This document shows, piece by piece, positions 31,647-41,207 of a stretch of 64,000 nt of DNA; the first letter of the stretch is position 1, and each line of letters starts with the position of its first letter. Under the pieces are notes generated by a model. It ran no database searches. It was not told where the DNA came from and was given only the letters and a program-made list of their open reading frames with translations. Both the position numbers and the translations under genes were made by a program. The DNA is taken from assembly GCA_944391565.1 (NCBI GenBank), contig CALXUB010000028.1, positions 30,738-94,737 on the forward strand. Reading direction: 5' to 3'. Origin of the DNA: an uncultured Alphaproteobacteria bacterium. Lineage in GTDB: Bacteria; Pseudomonadota; Alphaproteobacteria; CAAHEQ01; UBA3637.

Positions 31647-31764
31647 GCTAATAAAAAGTCCGATAAATTGTTAAAATTTACCTTTTTCAAAATTATGTAA
31701 ATCGGACTAAATAAGTAATTGTTTAAAAACAAAAAATCCGCCACTTGGGCGGAAATATCAAAAA

Positions 31765-31839
31765 TGGTGCCGCTGGTGAGAATCGGACTCACGACCTCTC
31801 CCTTACCAAGGGAACGCTCTACCACTGAGCCACAGCGGC
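31765..31839 (-). tRNA. tRNA-Thr (anticodon GGT)
   Basis: Cloverleaf read by eye: acceptor GCCGCTG/CAGCGGC, T-arm GTGAG-TCCGATT-CTCAC, anticodon loop TTGGTAA, encoded CCA; minus-strand terminator hairpin at 31735-31764. Confidence 0.8.
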
Positions 31840-31890
31840 ACAAATAACGGATATGCCATCCGAGAACGTTGAAGTTCATCTTACGATGAA

Positions 31891-31920
31891 AGGGAACGCT
31901 CTATCCCTTCGCCACAGCGG
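31891..31920 (-). pseudogene. Partial duplicate of the tRNA-Thr 5' half (tRNA fragment / att-like scar)
   Basis: AGGGAACGCTCTA...CCACAGCGGCA matches 31808-31840 in 24 of 32 positions. Confidence 0.6.
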
Positions 31921-32046
31921 CAAAAGATGTTTTTCCTTTTAAAAGATTTTCCTCTCCCTGTCAAGAGAAAAGATACATATTTAAAAATCTCTTGTCATAC
32001 TGGAAATCTTATTTTATCATACATTCCATTCAATAAGAGGGAAAAC

Positions 32047-34719
32047 ATGGAAAACAAAAATTATTTTGCGCAACAAACAGATGTTGTTTTGGAAGCTTTT
32101 CATTCGAATTCGCAACACGGTTTAACAACAGCTCAGGCAACTCAGGCGCTTCAGAAATATGGGCTCAATGTGATTTCACCTAAAAAGGGAAAAAGTGCGT
32201 TGCTGCGCTTTTGGCTTCAGATACATCAGCCTCTCATTTATGTTTTGCTTTTTTCGGCAACGTTTGCTCTGTTTTTGGGAGAATATGTAGATTCTTCAGT
32301 AATTTATGGGGTTGTTTTGATAAATGCGATTATGGGTTTTCTTCAGGAAGACAAAGCATTGAAAGCTTTGGATTCGCTTTCCAGAAGTATCACCATCAAG
32401 ACACAGGTCCTACGTAATGGTGAGACAGAGCAAATTGAGGCTCAAGGTTTAGTTCCAGGTGACATTATTATTTTACATTCAGGGGATAAAGTACCGGCAG
32501 ATGTGCGGTTATTGGAGGTTCATGATTTAAAGGTTGATGAATCCGCTTTAACGGGTGAGTCTGTGCCGGTTGAAAAAAAAGCAGACGTTTTAGAGGAAGA
32601 AACCGTTTTGGCAGATCGTTTAAATATGGCATATGCTTCCACGCTTGTGACGTTCGGTAGTGCAAAAGCTTTGGTTGTCGAAACTGGAGATCATACGGAA
32701 ATCGGTAAGATTTCAAAGTTAATAGCAGATGCTAAAGAGCTTAAAACACCCCTGACAAAAAAAATAGATGCTTTCAGTAATAAGTTGTTGTGGTTGATTG
32801 TTGCAATGTCTGTCGTGTCCTTTGCGGTTGGTGTTTATAAAGGGCTAAAGTTTGCCGACACATTTATGGCAGCTGTTGCGATGGCGGTTGCCGCTATTCC
32901 GGAAGGATTGCCTGCGGCGTTAACGATTATTTTGGCTATCGGCGTCAGTCGAATGTTGAAACGAAATGCGATTGTCCGCAAGCTGCCGGCTGTTGAGACT
33001 TTGGGCAGTACAACGATTATTTGTTCGGATAAAACAGGTACTCTGACGGAAAACAAAATGACCGTTCAAAAAATATATGTTGCCGGTCAAGAATATTCGG
33101 TTTCAGGTAGTGGATATTCCTTAAAAGGCAACTTCGTACCTGATGAAATGAACGAGGCTTTGCGTCAATGTTTGTTGGGTGGTGTTTTATGCAGCGACGC
33201 AGCATTGAAAAATGCAGAAGGCAAAATTAAACCATCCGGAGATCCGACCGAAATTGCTTTGTTGGTTTCAGCAGCTAAGAAGGGACTGAATGCATGGGAT
33301 GTTCGGCCGGAAAATCCTTGTGTAGATGAAATTCCTTTTGAATCGGATTATCAATACATGGCTTGTTTGCGTGCTGATAAAAGTTTATATGTCAAAGGAG
33401 CGGCGGAAGCTATTTTGCCGTATTGCACTCAGCAAATGAATGCGGACGGCAGTTTGTCCGGCTTGGATCAATCGGTTATTTTATCTCAAATAGAAAGTTT
33501 TGCGAAACAGGGATTGCGTGTTTTGGGGTTTGCGGTTCGTCAACATTTTCCCAAGAAAACAATTACCCACGAAGATGTTCATGAAAAACTGGTTTTCATC
33601 GGTTTGCAGGCCATGATCGACCCGCCGCGGGCTGAAGCTGTTCGAGCAATCGCAGCTTGTCATACGGCTGGTATCCGTATTAAAATGATTACGGGAGATC
33701 ATGTTATTACGGCTCGGGCGATTGCAGCTGCCATGAATTTACATGGTGCCGGAGAAACAAAGGAACCTGTTGTAATCAACGGAACGGAAATTGCTCGATT
33801 AACGGATGGTGAGTTGAAGAAGGTTGCAGAAACAACTGACGTTTTCGCGCGTGTGACGCCGGAGGATAAATTGCGTTTAGTGAGGGCTTTGCAAAAAACG
33901 CATAATATTGTTGCTATGACGGGTGACGGGGTTAATGATGCGCCGGCATTGAAACAAGCGAATATCGGCATAGCTATGGGACAAAACGGAACAGATGTGG
34001 CAAAAGAAGCTGCTGCCATTGTTTTATTGGATGATAACTTTGCGACCATAGAAAAGGCTGTTGAACAAGGCCGGGGTGTTTTTGATAATTTAGTGAAGTT
34101 TATTTTGTGGACACTGCCGGTCAGTTTTGCCGAAGCTTTGATTGTTATGTTGGCGATTTTCTTTAATTTACAGGTGCCGATTTCTCCTGTGCAGATTTTG
34201 TGGATTAACATGGTGACGACAATTCTGTTGGGGGCAATGTTCTCGTTTGAACCGGTAGAAAAAGATATTATGCAGCGACCGCCCAGAAAACCTGATGCGC
34301 CGATTGTCACGCGTCCGGCATTGTTTCGGATGGTGGCGGTTATGGGTTTGATAACTGCTTTATGTTTTGCGGCTTTTGAGATGACAGAGGGCACATATTC
34401 TTATCGTTTGTCACAAACAGTCATCGTTAATTTGATTGTTTTTTGCGGTATCGTTTATATGTTCTCCTGCCGTTCGTTTAAAAAGTCTGTTTTTCAAATG
34501 AAGTTATTCGGCAACAAGTGGATGGTTTGGGGAGCTTTGGGAATGGTCCTATTGCAGCTTTTATTTACATATACCCCTTTATTTGCTTACTTGTTTAAAA
34601 CAGAACCGTTAAACGGCGAAAATTGGCTGGTTGTTTTAGGAGGCGGCTTTGTCTTGTTGTTATATCTGGAACTTGAAAAGCTTTTTTGGCGGATTTTCGG
34701 CAAAAATACGATGGTGTAA
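32047..34719 (+). CDS. Cation-transporting P-type ATPase (Ca2+/Mg2+-type, P2)
   Basis: CSDKTGTLTEN phosphorylation motif, MITGD, GDGVNDAPAL; RBS before the ATG at 32047. Confidence 0.8.
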   Translation: MENKNYFAQQTDVVLEAFHSNSQHGLTTAQATQALQKYGLNVISPKKGKSALLRFWLQIHQPLIYVLLFSATFALFLGEYVDSSVIYGVVLINAIMGFLQEDKALKALDSLSRSITIKTQVLRNGETEQIEAQGLVPGDIIILHSGDKVPADVRLLEVHDLKVDESALTGESVPVEKKADVLEEETVLADRLNMAYASTLVTFGSAKALVVETGDHTEIGKISKLIADAKELKTPLTKKIDAFSNKLLWLIVAMSVVSFAVGVYKGLKFADTFMAAVAMAVAAIPEGLPAALTIILAIGVSRMLKRNAIVRKLPAVETLGSTTIICSDKTGTLTENKMTVQKIYVAGQEYSVSGSGYSLKGNFVPDEMNEALRQCLLGGVLCSDAALKNAEGKIKPSGDPTEIALLVSAAKKGLNAWDVRPENPCVDEIPFESDYQYMACLRADKSLYVKGAAEAILPYCTQQMNADGSLSGLDQSVILSQIESFAKQGLRVLGFAVRQHFPKKTITHEDVHEKLVFIGLQAMIDPPRAEAVRAIAACHTAGIRIKMITGDHVITARAIAAAMNLHGAGETKEPVVINGTEIARLTDGELKKVAETTDVFARVTPEDKLRLVRALQKTHNIVAMTGDGVNDAPALKQANIGIAMGQNGTDVAKEAAAIVLLDDNFATIEKAVEQGRGVFDNLVKFILWTLPVSFAEALIVMLAIFFNLQVPISPVQILWINMVTTILLGAMFSFEPVEKDIMQRPPRKPDAPIVTRPALFRMVAVMGLITALCFAAFEMTEGTYSYRLSQTVIVNLIVFCGIVYMFSCRSFKKSVFQMKLFGNKWMVWGALGMVLLQLLFTYTPLFAYLFKTEPLNGENWLVVLGGGFVLLLYLELEKLFWRIFGKNTMV

Positions 34720-34730
34720 GGAATTCCTTT

Positions 34731-35375
34731 TTACTTTTTCCGATGTTTGGAAACACCAGTCCCTTTTCGCGTTTTTAATCGAATAGGGGATTGAGGTTTA
34801 TAGCACGGGGCCGGCTTTTTCCCTTCGACAGAAAAACCGAATTTTCCGAGTTTGCGCCCCAACGTGAAGTAAAAACCGTGTACATAGACCAGCAGACCGG
34901 CTTTTTCAAGCAAAAGAGCGCCTTTATCATCCAATAAAGAGTCATCAACCGAAACGCCTTTAATTTCTGCCAAAAACATATCATGTGTCTTGAAATGTCG
35001 GACATCGATGACTTTGCATTCAAGAGACAAGGGGGCTTCCAATACTTGAGGTGCCGAAATGTGTACGCTCTCAGCCGGTGTTATGCCGCAGGTTTTAAAC
35101 TTATCAATTTTTCTGCCGGATTTAACACCACACCAATCTGTGATGGCTGCTAAAGGCAGATGAGGCAGATTAATGACAAACTCTCCGCTGTGTGTAATCA
35201 GTTCGTGAGAGTATCTGGAAGGGCGAATGGAAACATATGTCAGAGGGGGATCAGAATTGATGATGCCTGTCCAAGCTGCTGTCATCACATTTGGTTTTTC
35301 AAATGTTCCGCATGAAATCAGTGCCGGCGGAACGGGAGCCAATAATGTTCCTGCTTTCCAATGAATTTTAGTCAT
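34731..35375 (-). CDS. Flavin reductase-like (DIM6/NTAB) domain protein
   Basis: Family blocks; start taken at MTKIHWK, which has a GAGAGG RBS. Confidence 0.55.
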   Translation of the reverse strand: MTKIHWKAGTLLAPVPPALISCGTFEKPNVMTAAWTGIINSDPPLTYVSIRPSRYSHELITHSGEFVINLPHLPLAAITDWCGVKSGRKIDKFKTCGITPAESVHISAPQVLEAPLSLECKVIDVRHFKTHDMFLAEIKGVSVDDSLLDDKGALLLEKAGLLVYVHGFYFTLGRKLGKFGFSVEGKKPAPCYKPQSPIRLKTRKGTGVSKHRKK

Positions 35376-35386
35376 TTTGCCTCTCT

Positions 35387-36172
35387 TTAAAAAACAGTTT
35401 TTATTTGAACGCGGAGGGTGTGTCCGTCGCCGTGTGCATTGTTTTTCCCATTGTCTTGAAAAGTATAGGAATATCCGCCGCCGACAGCCAACCAATCCGT
35501 CACAAATGTATATAAGTCAGCAGTTGCATATAGCTTTTTAGATTTCCATAACTTGTCATAGTTATAGTGAAATGTTGCATCCACAGCGATCAGTTGATTA
35601 AGACTTTTATAAAGTCCTGCCATGATGTCGTATTTTGGGTTGTTATCAGCAAACTTATGTTGAAAAAGCGGTAATTCGGCGCTTGCTCCGATATAGGGCA
35701 GAACAAATTTCAGATCATATCCGGCTCTTGCATGTAAATTAAAGGCTTTGTAAGCGCCACCTGCATGGTGTGTTTCTTTTTGTAAATAAGCAAGGCGCGT
35801 TTGAACATAGGTTGTTTCTGTTTTATATAAGTCATAAGTAGCACCTAATTGCCAGTCGATGTTTGTATCTTCTCCATCCGTCACATTTGTTCCATCGTAC
35901 TTCAACCGATTCCAAGCATTGGAAATAACCGCGTCAATAGCAACCTTGGGTGCAACACCATAACTGAAAGCCTGAGCAGCAATGATGTCACGTGTTCGAT
36001 AGTTCTGATAACCGTTTATCATGTCTTTAACATGAAACTTTTCCCAAGCAAAGGTTGTTGTGGAGGTCAGTGTTTTTTCGGGAGACAGATAAAAGGGATG
36101 TGTTATTTCCAGAGCTTGGGCAGCAAACGGCAAGCAAACGGCAAGTAAGCTGAAGCAAAACAGTTTTTTCAT
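35387..36172 (-). CDS. Outer-membrane beta-barrel protein (OmpV/MipA-like)
   Basis: Signal peptide; alternating amphipathic strands; C-terminal Phe. Confidence 0.5.
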   Translation of the reverse strand: MKKLFCFSLLAVCLPFAAQALEITHPFYLSPEKTLTSTTTFAWEKFHVKDMINGYQNYRTRDIIAAQAFSYGVAPKVAIDAVISNAWNRLKYDGTNVTDGEDTNIDWQLGATYDLYKTETTYVQTRLAYLQKETHHAGGAYKAFNLHARAGYDLKFVLPYIGASAELPLFQHKFADNNPKYDIMAGLYKSLNQLIAVDATFHYNYDKLWKSKKLYATADLYTFVTDWLAVGGGYSYTFQDNGKNNAHGDGHTLRVQIKTVF

Positions 36173-36321
36173 AATTCCTCCTTTTTTGACTAAGCCTAAA
36201 AGAGAATGTCCAAAAAATCAATCAAAACTTTATCGGAATAAAAATTAGCTTTGGAATGTATGCTTTTGGCGGATTGTTTTTTCTTTGTTTCTTTCTATGA
36301 TTAAAAAGAAAGGAACATTTC

Positions 36322-36759
36322 ATGAACAAGGAAGTCAAAATCTATTCAGCAGAGCTTCATGCTTTTTGTGCTCTGCCTTTTGCGGATAAAGGAATTCGGG
36401 CCGGTTTTCCAAGCCCGGCGCAAGATTATATTGAAAAGAGTCTGGATTTAAATGAAGCTTTAATCAAACATCCGGCCAGTACTTTTTTCGGGCGTGTTGT
36501 CGGCGATAGTATGAAGGATTGCGGATTGGAGGAAGGAGACATTTTGGTTATTGATAAATCTTTGACGGTTTATGACGGGGCAATGGCTGTTTGTTTCATT
36601 GATGGAGAGTTTACGATTAAGTTTATTAAAAAGAAAGCGGGCGGTCTATGGCTAATGCCTGCTAATTCAGCTTATTTACCGATTCAGGTGACTTCTGAAA
36701 ATGATTTTATGGTTTGGGGTATTGTGACGTACTCTATCAAAAACAGGCATAAGAGGTAA
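36322..36759 (+). CDS. umuD: Error-prone repair protein UmuD (S24 LexA-like peptidase)
   Basis: GDSM Ser motif and downstream Lys; 145 aa; followed by umuC. Confidence 0.75.
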   Translation: MNKEVKIYSAELHAFCALPFADKGIRAGFPSPAQDYIEKSLDLNEALIKHPASTFFGRVVGDSMKDCGLEEGDILVIDKSLTVYDGAMAVCFIDGEFTIKFIKKKAGGLWLMPANSAYLPIQVTSENDFMVWGIVTYSIKNRHKR

Positions 36760-36761
36760 AG

Positions 36762-38018
36762 ATGTTCGGATTGCTGGATTGTAATAATTTTTATGTCAGT
36801 TGCGAGCGTGTTTTTAATCCTGCTTTATGTCAAAAGCCTGTTTTGGTGCTTAGTAATAATGACGGTTGTGTGATTGCCCGTTCGAATGAAGCAAAAGCGC
36901 TGGGTATTCAAATGGGAACCCCTGCTTATCAGTTGAAGAGGGTGATCGAAAGAGAAAAAATACATGTTTTTTCTTCTAATTATGCATTATACGCTGATAT
37001 GTCCGGTCGTGTGATGCAGCTTTTGGAAAGTTGTGTGCCGGCAATGGAAGTTTATTCAATAGACGAAGCTTTCTTGGATTTGACAGGCATAACACAACTT
37101 ACTTCCTTCGGTAGAAAAATAATTCAGATGGTGATGCGCGGAACAGGCATTCCTGTTTCGTTGGGGATAGCTTCTACGAAAACTTTGGCAAAAGTTGCCA
37201 ATAAATTTGCAAAGAAATATCAATCTTATCAGCATGTGTGTTTAATAGATACACAAGAAAAACGTGAAAAAGCTCTGCGATTAACGAATATCAGCGATGT
37301 GTGGGGAATTGGACATCGTCTGACGGAAAAACTGCATCAGGAAGGTGTGAAAACAGCCTATGATTTTACCTGTCTGCCGCGTGCGTGGGTCAGACAAAAT
37401 CTGCATCTGGGCGGATTATGTGTTTGGCAAGAGCTGCAAGGAGAAAAATGTCTTGACTTAGAACAAGAAGAAATGGAGAAAAAACAAATTTGCACTTCCC
37501 GTAGTTTTGGCGAAATGGTGACAGAATTGTCAGTGTTGAAAGAAGCCATTGCAACACATGCAGCCAGGTGTGCGGCTAAATTAAGAAAACAAAACGGCTG
37601 TGTTGTTTCGTTGGTCGTTTTTATCTCTACAAACGTTCATCGGACGGATTTACCTCAATACTGGAAAAGCCAACTTGTTTCCTTATTGGTTCCGTCAGAT
37701 GATACACGTGAAATTGTGACAGCGGCCTTGCATGGGTTGGAACAGATTTACAAACAAGGATATAATTATAAAAAAGCAGGTGTGATTTTGACGGAAATTG
37801 TCGCTAAGGTGCCTTTTCAGCAGGATTTATTTGATGAAAAGAATCATGAAAAGGCTTTTCGGTTAATGCAAGCCATAGATCAAATAAACGGTTTTTATCA
37901 TGAATGTAAAATTCGTTTGGCTGTCGAAGGAACCGGTCGTCGGTGGCGATTAAAACAGGAAAAACGTTCATTATGTTATACAACAAACTGGCGGGAGTTA
38001 ATTCGCATTCGAACATAA
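36762..38018 (+). CDS. umuC: DNA polymerase V subunit UmuC (Y-family)
   Basis: N-terminal LDCNNFYVSCE Y-family motif. Confidence 0.8.
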   Translation: MFGLLDCNNFYVSCERVFNPALCQKPVLVLSNNDGCVIARSNEAKALGIQMGTPAYQLKRVIEREKIHVFSSNYALYADMSGRVMQLLESCVPAMEVYSIDEAFLDLTGITQLTSFGRKIIQMVMRGTGIPVSLGIASTKTLAKVANKFAKKYQSYQHVCLIDTQEKREKALRLTNISDVWGIGHRLTEKLHQEGVKTAYDFTCLPRAWVRQNLHLGGLCVWQELQGEKCLDLEQEEMEKKQICTSRSFGEMVTELSVLKEAIATHAARCAAKLRKQNGCVVSLVVFISTNVHRTDLPQYWKSQLVSLLVPSDDTREIVTAALHGLEQIYKQGYNYKKAGVILTEIVAKVPFQQDLFDEKNHEKAFRLMQAIDQINGFYHECKIRLAVEGTGRRWRLKQEKRSLCYTTNWRELIRIRT

Positions 38019-38087
38019 AAAGTATTCTCTTAAAGCCTCTTTCCCTGATTGAACAAAATGTTTTGTTTTTAAATAGGAAAATAATCC

Positions 38088-38120
38088 TTGACTTTAAATA
38101 AAGAAAAGAGTATATTTTAT
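38088..38120 (+). promoter_or_regulatory. Sigma70-like promoter (TTGACT-N17-TATATT) for the island operon
   Basis: Hexamers and spacing read directly. Confidence 0.4.
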
Positions 38121-38177
38121 AATGTTAAAAGCTCGACGTGTGTTCGGGCTTTTTTTTATGTCTGAAAGGAGAAGAAA

Positions 38178-38351
38178 GTGAAAGAGCGTTTATTAGCATA
38201 TTTGAAGGAAAATAAAAAGAAGGTCGTTGCATTTGTCGTTGCTGGTATAATCGCAGCATTGGGATTGACTGTCTCACAAGAGGCAGCTGATGGGATTGTC
38301 AGTGTTTTAGATAGTCTATCAACCGCGTTGTTTGAAACGGCAGTCGCATGA
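38178..38351 (+). CDS. Small single-TM protein (57 aa, GTG start)
   Basis: RBS AGGAGA before the GTG; stop overlaps the next ORF's start (ATGA). Confidence 0.35.
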   Translation: MKERLLAYLKENKKKVVAFVVAGIIAALGLTVSQEAADGIVSVLDSLSTALFETAVA

Positions 38352-38542
38352 CAAATCCGGTCGTTTGGCTCTTGAGTGCCCTTGCAGGGGCACTCTTTTT
38401 TTATAAGTGGGGTAAGAAAGCAGGGCAATATGACGAGCAGAAAAAGACGCAGGAAAAAGTTTTGGCTGCATTGGAGCAATCTTATCATTTTGATTCTTTG
38501 GATGATGTTGAGCTTGACAGGCTGCCATCAAAATATGACTGA
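38348..38542 (+). CDS. Small single-TM protein (64 aa)
   Basis: Translationally coupled to the preceding small ORF; N-terminal TM helix and charged C-terminus. Confidence 0.4.
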   Translation: MTNPVVWLLSALAGALFFYKWGKKAGQYDEQKKTQEKVLAALEQSYHFDSLDDVELDRLPSKYD

Positions 38543-38653
38543 TGCTCCGTTTTGTTTTATTTATCGGCCAGTCGCAGGAACAGGAGATATTCAACCTGAA
38601 CCACAGCGATTGGCAGTAAAAAGGAATAACTTAAAATATGAGGAGTTATGTGA

Positions 38654-39241
38654 ATGATGACGATTTTAATGATGATTTTTGAATCCTGGTGGCGGCGGTG
38701 GTTTGGCGGCGGCTTTATTGGCGGGGACAAGTGGGAAAATAAATGGTTTAATCGCCGGGGGACACAACATATTGTCAACTGTCTGATAATGGCCTTGTTT
38801 TTGGGCATATATTGTAAAATAAATATTTGGATAACAATATATTGTATCGCAGTGATTGAAGGCTTATTTTGGTCGCCGGGACATGGACCTGGCTTTGATA
38901 TGTCACGTGCCGGCGTGCCGGATGATACAAGCCGATATGAGGAAAAGTGGTGGAATAAAATTTGTCAATTCCTTGTTCCACGTGAACAATGGTATTCATT
39001 TGGATACGACTGGCTGTGGATGATGCTGCGCTATACAAGCCCTTGTGTTTTGCTCGTCCCCGTTTTTGGCTGGGAGATTTTGTTTATGGGCTTGTCGGTT
39101 GCACCTGTCTATGGCTTTTGTGCTTCGTTTTATGAAAAAGTGGATACGTCGCGTTGGCCGTCATGGTTAGACCGTGCCAACAAGTTAGCCGAAATTATTG
39201 TCGGCGGAATTGTGGGGTTGCTTTTGGGAGTGTTGGCATGA
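38654..39241 (+). CDS. Trp-rich polytopic membrane protein (195 aa), hypothetical
   Basis: Several hydrophobic segments; RBS AGGAG upstream. Confidence 0.45.
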   Translation: MMTILMMIFESWWRRWFGGGFIGGDKWENKWFNRRGTQHIVNCLIMALFLGIYCKINIWITIYCIAVIEGLFWSPGHGPGFDMSRAGVPDDTSRYEEKWWNKICQFLVPREQWYSFGYDWLWMMLRYTSPCVLLVPVFGWEILFMGLSVAPVYGFCASFYEKVDTSRWPSWLDRANKLAEIIVGGIVGLLLGVLA

Positions 39242-39408
39242 GGAAGTATGATAATGTGAAACCATTATTGAAAGATGAGGAACGACAAGCTGTCGAATGT
39301 TGGATGCGTGTGATGGGGTATTTTCGTCCTGTGTCTGGTTTTAATAAAGGTAAGCTCTCTGAATACAAAGAACGAAAATGGTTTCATGAAAGAAAAATTA
39401 AACTCTGA
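39238..39408 (+). CDS. 56-aa stand-alone NrdD-type glycyl-radical C-terminal domain-like protein
   Basis: RVMGYFRPVSGFNKGKLSEYKERK resembles the class III RNR C-terminus (RVCGYLG...FNAGKQEE..RR, as recalled for the E. coli NrdD C-terminus; approximate, from memory); ATGA overlap with the upstream ORF; GGAG RBS. Confidence 0.45.
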   Translation: MRKYDNVKPLLKDEERQAVECWMRVMGYFRPVSGFNKGKLSEYKERKWFHERKIKL

Positions 39409-39577
39409 AAAGTCTTCGAGCTGTTTTGGTCCGACAGTTTATTTTGACAGGTTTCACCGATTCTAAAACAGACTGTCTTGATAAAGGAGGGGCAAGAAAA
39501 CAGCATAGAGCATAAAAATATAAATAACTCTTGCAAACCATTTTAATTTTGTGTTTAATTACCGTAGTAGGTTAAAT

Positions 39578-40720
39578 ATGACAGCACAAAGACATTTGAA
39601 CTTTATTGATACAATAAACTTTGGAAGTTATTATACACCACCCGATCTTGTTGATATAGTATATAATATGGTTCAAAAAAATGAACCAAATTGGTATAAT
39701 TTTAGGATTATTGACACGTCGTGCGGGTATGGGAATTTTTTGCGTATTCCGCATTCAATTGGCGCGGATTATGATGAAAAAGCCATACAGGAAGCTTGTA
39801 AGCAAACTAAGAACTGTCATTTCTATTGCCACAATAGTTTAATGAATGTAAATAGAAGGCAGTATGGTTTATCGGATAATGATAAAATAATTATTGTGGG
39901 TAATCCCCCATATAATGATACAACATCTATTATACGTAATGATATTAAATCGGAAATATGCAAGATAGACGAGGATATAAAGCATAGGGATATGGGTGTA
40001 TCGTTTTTGCTCTCGTATGAAAAACTGAAAGCGGATTATATTTGTGTTTTGCATCCTTTATCATATCTTATAAAAAAAGCTAATTTTAACAGCCTCAATA
40101 AATTTAAGGATAATTACATTTTAATTGACTCTGTGATTGTAAGTAGCGGGGCGTTTCATGATACTTCTAAAACAACTCATTTCCCGATTATCATTGCACT
40201 CTACAAAAGAAGCAGCAGGGGAATGGACTATCCTTTTATCCAGAATTATACATTTAAGACAAAGGATAACAAAGCGTTTAAGATCGGTGATTTTGATAAA
40301 CTTTGCAATTATATTACCAAATATCCTAACCATAAATATTTATCATTGAAGGATTCTGTCGCTTTTTTTTGGACAATGCGGGATATCAATGCCTTAAAAA
40401 GGACGAAAACTTTTATAGAACGGGAAGTTTATAATTCTATCAGAATTCCAAAAGAAAAATTATCATTATATTGTTATGCGGATGTGTTTAAAGAATATAT
40501 TTCTTATGTACCGTATTATTTTGGTAATAGCGATATAATGATAGATTTAGATTCTTTTAAACGTATAGAGAAGTCTTTCTTACGTAAAAGTCTTTCTAAG
40601 TATTCTTTTTTAAGGGGCCTGCTGCAGGGAGAAGATGTATCAGAGAATGATCTTTATAATATAAATACTTACTTTCACGATTTGCTGGGAGAACATTATG
40701 TGGATAAAGGAATTGGATGA
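39578..40720 (+). CDS. N6-adenine DNA methyltransferase, gamma class (Eco57I/TaqI-like), apparently orphan
   Basis: Motif I IIDTSCGYGNFL and motif IV IIVGNPPYN. Confidence 0.7.
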   Translation: MTAQRHLNFIDTINFGSYYTPPDLVDIVYNMVQKNEPNWYNFRIIDTSCGYGNFLRIPHSIGADYDEKAIQEACKQTKNCHFYCHNSLMNVNRRQYGLSDNDKIIIVGNPPYNDTTSIIRNDIKSEICKIDEDIKHRDMGVSFLLSYEKLKADYICVLHPLSYLIKKANFNSLNKFKDNYILIDSVIVSSGAFHDTSKTTHFPIIIALYKRSSRGMDYPFIQNYTFKTKDNKAFKIGDFDKLCNYITKYPNHKYLSLKDSVAFFWTMRDINALKRTKTFIEREVYNSIRIPKEKLSLYCYADVFKEYISYVPYYFGNSDIMIDLDSFKRIEKSFLRKSLSKYSFLRGLLQGEDVSENDLYNINTYFHDLLGEHYVDKGIG

Positions 40721-41207
40721 ACAAAATAAAAAAATAATTGTTGAAATTCCTTTAACAAAAGGAACAGATAAGACAAGAATCAAAAAAAGAAGTTGTTTTA
40801 ATGAGTACGGAATCCCTGTCTCAACGAAATCCGAAAGTTTTTCTCAAGCCTGCTATGTTGAGTGGCAAATTGGATATGATGTTGTGACCTCCGATAAAGA
40901 AAAGTTAGAACGAACAACAATGAAAGATTTTGTGTTTAACGGAGCAAATGGAAAAGAAAAAACAATTTACGAGTTGTCAGAGTACATTTTTTATTTTTAT
41001 AAATGGAATGTTATTTCTAAGAATAAATTACTTGAAATAAAATCTTTTTTGGAGGCTTGTTCTGAAAATGATTTTGTCGACAATCCTCGTAATTTTGCCA
41101 TAGAACGGAGTCATCCGGTAAAAAAACAGGTTTTGGGAATAAATTTCTTTTATACGCAAGTAAAAACCCAATGCTTGTTCATAGATTCGAGCAGTATGAA
41201 ATTTTAA
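40698..41207 (+). CDS. Hypothetical protein overlapping the methyltransferase 3' end; possible restriction endonuclease fragment
   Basis: ORF overlaps by 23 nt; no motif recognised. Confidence 0.3.
   Translation: MWIKELDEQNKKIIVEIPLTKGTDKTRIKKRSCFNEYGIPVSTKSESFSQACYVEWQIGYDVVTSDKEKLERTTMKDFVFNGANGKEKTIYELSEYIFYFYKWNVISKNKLLEIKSFLEACSENDFVDNPRNFAIERSHPVKKQVLGINFFYTQVKTQCLFIDSSSMKF

Noticed and set aside
31574-31879. 101-aa minus-strand ORF
   Set aside because: It runs straight through tRNA-Thr and its terminator, so it is a spurious ORF.
38156-38488. 110-aa minus-strand ORF
   Set aside because: The + strand carries a promoter, RBSs and two translationally coupled small ORFs here. The minus ORF has no RBS and a low-complexity product.
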